A stretch of 64,000 bases of DNA from Nitrospina sp. UBA6727 (lineage in GTDB: Bacteria > Nitrospinota > Nitrospinia > Nitrospinales > VA-1): positions 2,283 to 66,282 of the forward strand of contig DKID01000024.1 in the NCBI GenBank assembly GCA_002454045.1. The letters run 5' to 3'. Positions 39,375-47,664 of this stretch are shown piece after piece. The position numbers and the translations under genes were made by a program. Position 1 is the stretch's first letter. Every line of letters starts with the position of its first letter. The notes under the pieces are model-generated. The model saw only the letters and a list, made by a program, of their open reading frames with translations, did no database searches and was not told the origin of the DNA.

Positions 39375-41204
39375 ATGGAAGCCGTTGCAGAACAGAAGCA
39401 GGCTGTCGCCGCGAAACAGGGGCAGATAAAAATAACCGTGTGCTTGAGCCTGAGCGGTGTCGCGGAAGGCGGCGAAGAGGTCTATAAAGAATTTCAGAAG
39501 CAGATTGCTGAAATGGAAGCCAACGCCACGCTCGGTGAACGAAAATGCGAAATGAGCCAGGTCGGGTGCCGCGGCTATTGTAGCCGTGATGTGTTGGTCG
39601 ATGTTTATGTCCCCGATGAGCCGCGGGTAACTTACGAGAAAGTTAAACCCGCGATGGTCAAAAATATTTTGACCGACCACATTGCGGGCGGCAAGGTGTT
39701 CAAAAAAGCCGCGTCCAAAGAAGATTATTACGACACGTTGAAGAAGCAAACCCGCGTTGCGTTGGAACATGGCGGCGTGATCGACCCGGAAAACATCGAC
39801 GAGTATATCAAGGTGGGGGGTTACGAATCCTTGAAAAAAGTTTTGACCACCATGCGACCGGATGAAGTGATCGCCGTGATAAAAAAATCTGGGTTGCGCG
39901 GGAAAGGCGGCGGCGGATTCATCACCGCTGATAAGTGGGAGAAGGCGGCCAACGCGCCGACCGATGAAAAGGGGACGCGCTACATTATGGTCAACGGCGA
40001 TGAAGGCAACCCGGCTTCCTACATGGATCGTAGCGTGATGGAAGGCAGCCCGCATCAGGTGATCGAAGGCTTGTTGATTGGGGCTTACGCCATCGGCGCG
40101 ACGGAGGGAATTATCTACACTCGTTCGGACTACGCGATTGCGGTCAAGCGCCTGAACCTGGCTATCGCGCAAGCCAAGGACAGAGGGTTTCTCGGCGACA
40201 ATATTCTGGGCGCGGATTTCAGCATCAACTTCCGGGTGCACGAAGGGCTGGATGCGTTCATCGGCGGGGAGTCCACGGCGTTGATGGAATCCGTCGAAGG
40301 CAAACGTCCATTCCCAAAAGCGCAGCCGCCGCATTCCTGCCAAGTGGGATTGTTCGGCAAGCCAACGGTTTTGAACAACGCGGAAACTTGGGCGACGGTT
40401 CCGAAAATTATCAAGAAGGGCGCGGATTGGTATTCGGCGATGGGCAACGAGAATGCCAAAGGCTGCAAAGTTTGGGCGATTGCGGGGAACGTCAAGTACA
40501 ACGGGTTGATGGAGTTGGATATGAAGACCACTTTCCGCGAAGCCATTGATGATTATTGCGGCGGCATCCAAAAGAAAAAAGCGCTCAAAGTAGTTCATGT
40601 CGGCGGCGTCACGGGTGGATTTCTGCCGCCCGAAAAAGTCGACACCGCGATGGATTATGAAAGCCTTCTCGACGCCGGCGTGTTGATGGGGCAAGCAAGT
40701 TTTTCGGCTTATGATGACTCCGCCTGCGTGGTTGATCTCGCGCTATTCTCCATCGGATTTAACGAAGGCGAAACTTGCGGAAAATGTACTCCGTGTCGAA
40801 TTGGTCTTACGCTCATAAAAAATAAATTGACAGACATCGCGGAAGGCCGCGGGAAAATGGAAGACCTGGACAAGTTGCAAGCGTTGTGCGAAGAAATTAG
40901 CCAGACTTCGTTATGCGGGCTGGGAGAAACCGCGCCGAAGGCGATTCTCACCGGATTGAAATATTTCCGCAAAGAATACGAAAGGCACATCGTCGATCAA
41001 ATCTGCGACGCGGCGCGGTGCATCGGCTTGTATCGCTATTACGTCAAGGAAGAAGATTGCGTCGCCTGCGGCGCGTGCATCAAACCGTGTCCCACCGGGG
41101 CAATCACCGGCGGGACGCGCAAAGTCGCGGCGCACATTGACATGGACTTGTGCATCAACTGCAACGCCTGCTATCAAGCCTGCGGATTCCTGGCGATTGA
41201 GTAA
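39375..41204 (+). CDS. NuoF-like NAD(P)H-binding flavoprotein with an N-terminal thioredoxin-like domain and C-terminal 2x[4Fe-4S] ferredoxin domain (HndC/HydB-like), orphan
   Basis: AAGGAGG lies 6 nt upstream of the ATG. FMN/NADH motif GLRGKGGGGFITADKW, with GDEGNPASYMDR. N3 cluster CGKCTPCRIG. Two CxxCxxCxxxC(P) motifs (CVACGACIKPCP, CINCNACYQAC). The N-terminal Trx-like domain has only three Cys (VC...GCRGYC). Confidence 0.9.
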   Translation: MEAVAEQKQAVAAKQGQIKITVCLSLSGVAEGGEEVYKEFQKQIAEMEANATLGERKCEMSQVGCRGYCSRDVLVDVYVPDEPRVTYEKVKPAMVKNILTDHIAGGKVFKKAASKEDYYDTLKKQTRVALEHGGVIDPENIDEYIKVGGYESLKKVLTTMRPDEVIAVIKKSGLRGKGGGGFITADKWEKAANAPTDEKGTRYIMVNGDEGNPASYMDRSVMEGSPHQVIEGLLIGAYAIGATEGIIYTRSDYAIAVKRLNLAIAQAKDRGFLGDNILGADFSINFRVHEGLDAFIGGESTALMESVEGKRPFPKAQPPHSCQVGLFGKPTVLNNAETWATVPKIIKKGADWYSAMGNENAKGCKVWAIAGNVKYNGLMELDMKTTFREAIDDYCGGIQKKKALKVVHVGGVTGGFLPPEKVDTAMDYESLLDAGVLMGQASFSAYDDSACVVDLALFSIGFNEGETCGKCTPCRIGLTLIKNKLTDIAEGRGKMEDLDKLQALCEEISQTSLCGLGETAPKAILTGLKYFRKEYERHIVDQICDAARCIGLYRYYVKEEDCVACGACIKPCPTGAITGGTRKVAAHIDMDLCINCNACYQACGFLAIE

Positions 41205-41221
41205 GATTTATTTTTGATAAG

Positions 41222-41255
41222 AGCCTGCTGGCTTTTTGCCGGCGGGCTTTTTTTT
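41222..41255 (+). terminator. rho-independent terminator (between convergent genes)
   Basis: An 11-bp stem AGCCTGCTGGC / GCCGGCGGGCT (two G-U pairs) with loop TTTTT, followed by T7. Confidence 0.75.
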
Positions 41256-41261
41256 GTGCCT

Positions 41262-42848
41262 CTACTCGACCGCGGTCGCTTTTTGCATTCGGATTCTTTT
41301 CAAGTACAAAAGTTCCATGGCGTTGGTTTTCAAACCTCGGACATAAGGTTTAATCAAAAGATTTTGGGCGGAAACAAAAAGCGGAATCATCGCGGCTTCC
41401 TTTTCGGTGAGTAGTATCTGGGCTTCGTCGTAAACCGCTTTTCGTTCTTCCAAGTTTTGCAATGTTGACCCGAGCGCGACCAATTCTTCGTAGCGCGGAT
41501 GAGACCATTGCAGACGATTGTTGCCGCTGGATTTAATAAAAAGGTTCATGAAGTTATCGGGGTCGGGAAAATCCGCGCCCCATCCCAACCGAAAAATCTG
41601 CGGCGGATCCAAATCCAATCGGCTGAGAAAAACTTTCCACTCCTGACTTTCGAAGTCGATGCGCACGTTCAAATTTTCTTTCCATTGCGACTGGATGAAC
41701 TCCCCGATGAGTCGGTTGACATCCCCCGTGTTAAAGACCGCGGTAACTTCGGGGAACCCTTTCCCGTCGGGATACCCCGCTTGCGCCAATAAAGACCGCG
41801 CTTTCCGCGGATTAAACTTTAGCCCGATACTTTCATCGTAACCAAACATGCCTTTGGGAATCCACGACGAGGAGGGCAGTTCCCCGCCTTTCAAGAATCC
41901 GGGAATGCGCGCGCGGTCAATCGCGTGGGCGAATGCCCGCCGAACTCTTACATCATCAAAGGGAAACTTCTGCACATTGAAACCATAATAGTAACCTCTT
42001 AGTTGAGGTTTATTTCTATACTCGGGGCTGGATTCATAATTGGGAATGGCGACGGGGGGCAACTCGACATAGTCCAACTCGCCGGTTTCGTAAAGAGTCA
42101 ACGCCGTGGTTGGTTCCTGCACAACAAAAATGCGGATGGCTTCCACGGCGGGTTTGCCTTCGTAATGACGCGGGTTGGCTTGCAACACCATTTTGTATTC
42201 GTGCTCCCATTCCTTCACCGTGTAAGGGCCATTGGTGACGATGTTTTCAGGCTCTGTCCAGGAATCACCATGTCGACGGATAACATCTTCGCGCGCCGGA
42301 TACGTAACCATGAAAGTGGTGATGCTGGGAAAATAGACCACGGGTTTTTTCAACCGGACTTGCAGAACGTCCGGGGCCAGCGCCCGGACCCCGACTTGGT
42401 CGGCGTCGGTTAATTCTCCCGAATTGTATTGGGTGGCATTTTCAACGTCGAAGAGGAAGTAAGCATATTGCGCCGCCGTCTCAGGCGCGAGCAATCGTTT
42501 CCAAGCATATTCAAAATCCGCCGCCGTGACCGGTTTCCCGTCACTCCAGTAAACATCGTCGCGTAGAAAAAAAGTAATCGTCCTGCCGTCCTCAGAATAT
42601 TTCCATTTTTTTGCAACGGCGGGTTCAGGATTTAACTCGGCGTCGTATTGGGTGAGTCCTTCCATAAGGTTCGTAATAATGGTGAAGGAAATACTGTCGG
42701 TGGCCAAAGCCCAATCTAAAGTCGGCGGCTCATTTTTTATGGACATCCGGAAAACGGAATGGTCCGTTGCGGCGGGCGGACTGCAGCAGGCAAGAACTAA
42801 AAATATAAGTAGCAACCAAAAAGAAAAAACGTGGCGCGACAATTTCAT
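41262..42848 (-). CDS. ABC transporter substrate-binding protein, family 5 (peptide/nickel type), probable lipoprotein
   Basis: Lipobox-like signal MKLSRHVFSFWLLLIFLVLAC. Family-5 pattern (LMEGLTQYD..L.PEPAVAKKW..S.DG....F.LR..V.WSDG.P.TA.DF). An alternative GTG start lies at 42899. Confidence 0.88.
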   Translation of the reverse strand: MKLSRHVFSFWLLLIFLVLACCSPPAATDHSVFRMSIKNEPPTLDWALATDSISFTIITNLMEGLTQYDAELNPEPAVAKKWKYSEDGRTITFFLRDDVYWSDGKPVTAADFEYAWKRLLAPETAAQYAYFLFDVENATQYNSGELTDADQVGVRALAPDVLQVRLKKPVVYFPSITTFMVTYPAREDVIRRHGDSWTEPENIVTNGPYTVKEWEHEYKMVLQANPRHYEGKPAVEAIRIFVVQEPTTALTLYETGELDYVELPPVAIPNYESSPEYRNKPQLRGYYYGFNVQKFPFDDVRVRRAFAHAIDRARIPGFLKGGELPSSSWIPKGMFGYDESIGLKFNPRKARSLLAQAGYPDGKGFPEVTAVFNTGDVNRLIGEFIQSQWKENLNVRIDFESQEWKVFLSRLDLDPPQIFRLGWGADFPDPDNFMNLFIKSSGNNRLQWSHPRYEELVALGSTLQNLEERKAVYDEAQILLTEKEAAMIPLFVSAQNLLIKPYVRGLKTNAMELLYLKRIRMQKATAVE

Positions 42849-43000
42849 GTTTGCAGCCATCATCATCTCTACGACAGTCGAAGCAATTCCTTTTTGCACA
42901 GAAACGGGAAAGGTGCGAAGGGGATTATAAGCCGATTATCATATACGGGATTTTACCGAGTTATTATTTATTTCTTTACTTTTCCCGCCGCCTTTATAGA

Positions 43001-43696
43001 ATGAAATCTTTATTCAGCGTCGGGGTGAACGTGGCGGAAGATATTTCTTATATCAGAAAATGGATTAAGCGCGGTTTAAGTAAAGACAAAAAAACTTTGG
43101 ATTTTTCCCGAAGAGGCATCAACAACCAAACCGCCATGGAGCTGGCCGAAAACGTGGCGCTTCCTGACATTGAAATCCTTTACATCCACACCAACAAAAT
43201 TAAGGATTTGGGCTTGGAAGAATTGGCGCGGTCGGAATTTTTCGAGCCGCTTAAAGAACTCTGGATGTATGAAAACTTGGTTGGGGACGAAGGGGCGAAG
43301 GCTCTGGCCGAATCGGAGCGATTGCGCCGGTTGCGTTACCTTAGTCTATACACCAACAGAATCGCGGACGAAGGTGCCGTCGCTTTGGCAAACTCTGAAA
43401 ATCTTTCCGGGCTTGAAGTTTTGGATCTCTCGTTCAACCGAATTGGCGACCACGGTGCGGAAGCCTTGGCAAATTCTGACCACCTAAAAAAATTAAAAGA
43501 GTTGCACCTTGATGCTAATCGAATTGGTCTCAAAGGAATGCAAGCTTTGGCGAAACTTTCCGGATTGCAAAACCTCCAAACTCTAAACTTGTCGTACAAC
43601 AAAATTGATCTTCGGGGATTGGACGCCTTGAATGATTCAAAACGTTTGCAAAAAATGAGTGCGGTGAAGACAGACTATCCCCATGTTGGCGGTTGA
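43001..43696 (+). CDS. leucine-rich repeat protein, ribonuclease-inhibitor (RI/RNI) subtype
   Basis: About seven repeats of ~28 residues, LxxLxLxxNxIGDxGAxALAxSxxL (e.g. LRYLSLYTNRIADEGAVALANSENL, LEVLDLSFNRIGDHGAEALANSDHL). No signal peptide and no clear SD. Confidence 0.75.
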   Translation: MKSLFSVGVNVAEDISYIRKWIKRGLSKDKKTLDFSRRGINNQTAMELAENVALPDIEILYIHTNKIKDLGLEELARSEFFEPLKELWMYENLVGDEGAKALAESERLRRLRYLSLYTNRIADEGAVALANSENLSGLEVLDLSFNRIGDHGAEALANSDHLKKLKELHLDANRIGLKGMQALAKLSGLQNLQTLNLSYNKIDLRGLDALNDSKRLQKMSAVKTDYPHVGG

Positions 43697-43699
43697 TTC

Positions 43700-45178
43700 A
43701 TGCAACCCGAAAATAAGGATTTGAATTTTCTCCGGGCTCTTGATGACAAGTTGATCCGCAAGAATTCATTTCTGGATCTTTCCTATGAACGAATGGGAGA
43801 TGCGGGAATAGTTTTTTTGTGCCGCAATAAAGATTTATCCCACATTCAAAAACTGGATTTGAGTTGGAACGAAATCGCCGATGACGGTCTGCGCGTTCTT
43901 GCGAAGTCCAGTTCGCTCGCCGAGTTGAAGCATCTCATTCTCAATGCCAACCAGATTGGAGATGAAGGTGCCAGAAACCTTGCGGTTTCCGAAAATTTTC
44001 CAAACCTTGAATCGATAGAGTTGGCACACAACCGGGTTTCCGACTTTGGAGCCTTGAGCCTCGTGAAGTCCCAGTCGCTGTTGAGCCTTGGGTTCGTGGA
44101 CTTAGAAATGAACAAGGTCGGGCAACAAAAATTAACCCGCTTCCCAGACGGCGCGGTGGTTTCCAAACTTCGCATCCTCAATCTTCGTCGCAACCTTTTG
44201 GGAGATGAAAGCATCGCCGACTGGGCGCAGACCGGCGCTTTTGAAAAACTGGTTCATCTCAACCTAGGCTGGAATCAAATCACCAATAAAGGCGCCCGCA
44301 TTCTCGCGCATTCCCCCACCGTAAATCGGCTGGAAGTTCTCGTGCTCGATTCCAATCACATCGGCGACCTTGGCGCATTGGACATCGCCAAGTCCAAGCA
44401 CTTGAAGAATCTCGTCCAACTTTATGCGCAGGATAATAATATCGGGCGGGCGGGCGAAATCGCGTTGCGGGCTATGCGGTCGCGGAGTTTGGTTGAGAAA
44501 AAAAGAGCCGACGATAAACTCAACCTCAACGAACAACGTTTGGACAACAAAGACCTGGCTTCTTTAGCGCAACACGAAAAACTGAACGGGATTGTTTCCC
44601 TCACGCTGAGGAACAACCATTTCGACTATCGCGGAGTTCAGGAACTCGTCAATTCCCCATATCTTAAAAACTTGCAGCACCTGAACTTGATGAACAACGC
44701 CGTGGAGGACAAAGGCATTCTCGTGCTGGCGGAATCCGCGAACCTGCCGCAACTGAAAAGTTTGAATCTGGAAAACACGGGAATTACTGCGCTGGGAATT
44801 CTCGCCCTTTCCCGGTCGCCGCATCTTCATCGACTAAATGATTTGAATTTGAACGGCAATGATCTGGGAGAAAAAGGGTTTCGCATTCTGGCGGATTCCG
44901 GGAACTTTAAGAACTTGATCAAACTAAGAACCTCCGGGTCTGCGATGGGTGACGCCGGGTTTCAGGCTATCGTCCAATCCAATACCTTAAAGCAACTGGA
45001 GGAACTGGAGGCGAGGGGCAACGTCATCACGCGGGAAAGTTTAAATTCCTTGGTCAACTCCTCCACTTTATCGCGGCTGAAAAAACTGGACCTTCGCCGC
45101 AATAAACTTAAAGATGTAGACCTGATATTTCTAACCGACTCTCCGCAATTCCAAAGTTTGGAAGCGTTGAGATTTTAG
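43700..45178 (+). CDS. leucine-rich repeat protein, RI/RNI subtype (~16 repeats)
   Basis: Regular 27-29-residue repeats (IQKLDLSWNEIADDGLRVLAKSSSL, LKHLILNANQIGDEGARNLAVSENF ...). It is in the same frame as the upstream LRR ORF, separated only by TGA-TTC. Confidence 0.85.
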   Translation: MQPENKDLNFLRALDDKLIRKNSFLDLSYERMGDAGIVFLCRNKDLSHIQKLDLSWNEIADDGLRVLAKSSSLAELKHLILNANQIGDEGARNLAVSENFPNLESIELAHNRVSDFGALSLVKSQSLLSLGFVDLEMNKVGQQKLTRFPDGAVVSKLRILNLRRNLLGDESIADWAQTGAFEKLVHLNLGWNQITNKGARILAHSPTVNRLEVLVLDSNHIGDLGALDIAKSKHLKNLVQLYAQDNNIGRAGEIALRAMRSRSLVEKKRADDKLNLNEQRLDNKDLASLAQHEKLNGIVSLTLRNNHFDYRGVQELVNSPYLKNLQHLNLMNNAVEDKGILVLAESANLPQLKSLNLENTGITALGILALSRSPHLHRLNDLNLNGNDLGEKGFRILADSGNFKNLIKLRTSGSAMGDAGFQAIVQSNTLKQLEELEARGNVITRESLNSLVNSSTLSRLKKLDLRRNKLKDVDLIFLTDSPQFQSLEALRF

Positions 45179-45243
45179 AGGAAAAGGATGGCGGGACAAA
45201 AACGCGGCGGGTTTGTAAGTCGGGGTTATGAAAATACGATTCG

Positions 45244-45657
45244 CTAACGCCCCGGGTCGTCATCGAACACTTCGTTGAAATCCCCTTGCAGAGAACCATC
45301 CGACGCGGGACGGCACCAATCAAAATCAGTCGCGCCATCATCCGTCGCCGTCGCCGACGTTTGGGGTTCAGCAGTTTGAGCCGCGAAATTTTGCAAGTCT
45401 AGTTCCGTGAAATCTCGGCCGCCACATTCGCATTCCGATTCGCCAACCGCCAACTCCGTCGCCATCTTGAGCAAGTAAGCCCTGCCGCAAGAATCGCAAG
45501 TGTGCCCCCGATGGGTTTGCGGCAAATCGTAAGCCAGCATATTTTCCCGGCATTGATTGCATACCGCCAGCGTCCCGGGAGCAAATCCGCGAATCACATT
45601 TTCAAGTCCGCAGCCGCCGCATTCTATCAATAATTCGGAAGGGGTCTTCGCGGTCAT
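45244..45657 (-). CDS. zinc-ribbon-type Cys-rich hypothetical protein
   Basis: Four CxxC-type pairs (CGGCG, CNQC, CDSC, CECG) and an acidic C-terminus. Starts 6 nt downstream of the preceding ORF. Confidence 0.55.
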   Translation of the reverse strand: MTAKTPSELLIECGGCGLENVIRGFAPGTLAVCNQCRENMLAYDLPQTHRGHTCDSCGRAYLLKMATELAVGESECECGGRDFTELDLQNFAAQTAEPQTSATATDDGATDFDWCRPASDGSLQGDFNEVFDDDPGR

Positions 45658-45663
45658 AGCGAG

Positions 45664-46050
45664 TTAGGAACCTGAATTCTCGGGGAATATTTTTGACATG
45701 TCCCCCATTTTTTCCATGGCTTCTTCCTTTGACATTTTGGTGATGTCGATGCCCATATCCGCCAACGCGCCTGAGAAAGGACACTTGCTAGCCCCACTCT
45801 TGGGCTCCCCACCTTCGGCGGCGGACGACGGTTTTTCGACGGCGATTTTTCCCGCTTCCGCCATGATGATCCAGTGCATGGACTCGATGGTCTGTTTTTT
45901 TTCGGAAGTTATTTTTTCGATACTTTCTTTAGTTTCAGAATGCTTCACCAAGGCGGCGGCGGCTTCGTATTTTTCCAAAGCCTTTTTCTCAAACTCAACA
46001 GCTTCTTGCAATACCGTAGCAGAACTGGACATCGTCAAATCTCCTGACAA
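45664..46050 (-). CDS. hypothetical protein
   Basis: 128-aa ORF with a helical, Glu/Lys-rich N-terminal half. No recognisable motif. Divergent from hemY. Confidence 0.5.
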   Translation of the reverse strand: MSGDLTMSSSATVLQEAVEFEKKALEKYEAAAALVKHSETKESIEKITSEKKQTIESMHWIIMAEAGKIAVEKPSSAAEGGEPKSGASKCPFSGALADMGIDITKMSKEEAMEKMGDMSKIFPENSGS

Positions 46051-46163
46051 AATTAACGGGCTGGCTTCATAAATATTTCAACGGAACTCCAAAAATATAC
46101 CAAACCTTTTACCCGAATAGCAATGATGTTATCCACCGCGCCGCAACTCCAGACGCCGCGCGG

Positions 46164-46192
46164 TTGCGGGGCTACGGGAAACCTGACATAAT
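46164..46192 (+). promoter_or_regulatory. candidate promoter that would make hemY leaderless
   Basis: TTGCGG-N17-CATAAT. The -10 hexamer ends 6 nt before the A of ATG 46199, and there is no SD upstream of the ATG. Confidence 0.3.
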
Positions 46193-46198
46193 GCGCCC

Positions 46199-47620
46199 AT
46201 GAAAAAAGTTATCATCGTCGGCGGCGGCATCGCCGGGCTGGCGGCGGCGTACCACATCCAGAGGAAAATATCATCGGGGGCTCCGCTGGAATGCTCCCTG
46301 CTTGAAAGCGGCAACCAATTCGGCGGAAAAATCGCGACGGAAAGGTCGGACGGATTCGTCATCGAACGGGGCCCCGATTCATTCATCTCGCAAAAACCCG
46401 CGGCCATCCAATTATGCAAACAACTCGGCATCGAAGACCATCTGGTCGGAACCAATCCGAAAACTCCCCGCACCTACGTGTACACAGGGGGAAAACTGGT
46501 GACCATGCCGGACGGTCTGAGCCTGATGATTCCCACCAAGTTCCTGCCTTTCGCCACGACGCCCCTGTTTAGTTTGGCGGGAAAAATCCGCATGGCGTGC
46601 GATCTTGTGATTCCAAAAAAAGTAGATGACCGCGACGAAAGCCTGGCTTCGTTCGTCCGCAGACGGATGGGCGAGGAAGCCTTGCGAAAAATGGCCGAAC
46701 CCATGCTCGCCGGCATTTATGCTGCCGACCCCGAAACCATGAGTATCGACAGCACCTTCCCCATGTTCGTCGAGACGGAACGCAAACACCGCTCGCTCAT
46801 TCTCGGAATGCTGGCGAAAAAAAAAGCGCGGCACGGCGTGAACTCCGATGAGCGTCCCGCGAACAACTACACCTTGTTCATGACCTTGAAAGACGGCTTA
46901 GCAAAAATGGTCGAAACGATAATCGAAAAATCCCCGGCCGTTCAGTTTCAGTTAGGAGCGCGGGTAAAATTCATTTCCAACGAAGCAGGAAATTGGTGCG
47001 TGCATTTAGAAAACGGCGGCGAACAAAAATCCCACGCGCTGATATTAGCGACCCCCGGCCACACCACCGCCCGGCTCCTGCAACCGATTGCGCCCGACAC
47101 CGCGGCAACTTTAATGCAAATCAAATATGTTTCCACCGCCACCGTCACCCTTGCGTACAAGAAGGAAAATTTTTCCCACGCCTTGGATGGATTCGGTTTC
47201 GTCGTGCCAAAATGTGAAGGCCGAAACATTCTTGCCTGCACTTGGACTTCATCGAAATTCCCCCACCGAGTTCCGCAAGGATATGTCATGCTTCGCTGTT
47301 ATCTCGGCGGCGCGTTGCAGGAAGATGTCGCCGAAAAAGACGAACAAACCTTAGCCACGTTGGTGCGACGGGACCTGAAGGAAATTATGGGAATCAAAGA
47401 AGAACCCGTGTTCTGCAAAGTTTTTCACAATCGAAAATCCAACGTGCAATACCACGTGAACCATTCCAGACATATTGATTCCGTCATGAAAAATTTAGAA
47501 CGCCTGCCCGGTTTGTTCCTGGCGGGAAGTGCTTACCGCGGAATCGGGATACCCGATTGCATCCAAAATGGAAACCAATCCGCCGAAGCGGCGAGCCAGT
47601 TTCTCGCGGGAAAATCCTGA
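46199..47620 (+). CDS. hemY: protoporphyrinogen/coproporphyrinogen III oxidase (HemY-type, FAD)
   Basis: MKKVIIVGGGIAGLAAAY dinucleotide fold, length 473 aa, C-terminal GSAYRGIGIPDCI. Confidence 0.9.
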   Translation: MKKVIIVGGGIAGLAAAYHIQRKISSGAPLECSLLESGNQFGGKIATERSDGFVIERGPDSFISQKPAAIQLCKQLGIEDHLVGTNPKTPRTYVYTGGKLVTMPDGLSLMIPTKFLPFATTPLFSLAGKIRMACDLVIPKKVDDRDESLASFVRRRMGEEALRKMAEPMLAGIYAADPETMSIDSTFPMFVETERKHRSLILGMLAKKKARHGVNSDERPANNYTLFMTLKDGLAKMVETIIEKSPAVQFQLGARVKFISNEAGNWCVHLENGGEQKSHALILATPGHTTARLLQPIAPDTAATLMQIKYVSTATVTLAYKKENFSHALDGFGFVVPKCEGRNILACTWTSSKFPHRVPQGYVMLRCYLGGALQEDVAEKDEQTLATLVRRDLKEIMGIKEEPVFCKVFHNRKSNVQYHVNHSRHIDSVMKNLERLPGLFLAGSAYRGIGIPDCIQNGNQSAEAASQFLAGKS

Positions 47621-47664
47621 ACGACGACGCAACGTCTAACATTCAAAACCAAAAAGGAGTTTTT

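Noticed and set aside
39360-40694. 444-aa ORF on the minus strand
   Set aside because: It is antisense to the NuoF-like gene, which has unambiguous cofactor motifs. The antisense product is Arg/Phe/His-rich with no recognisable features.
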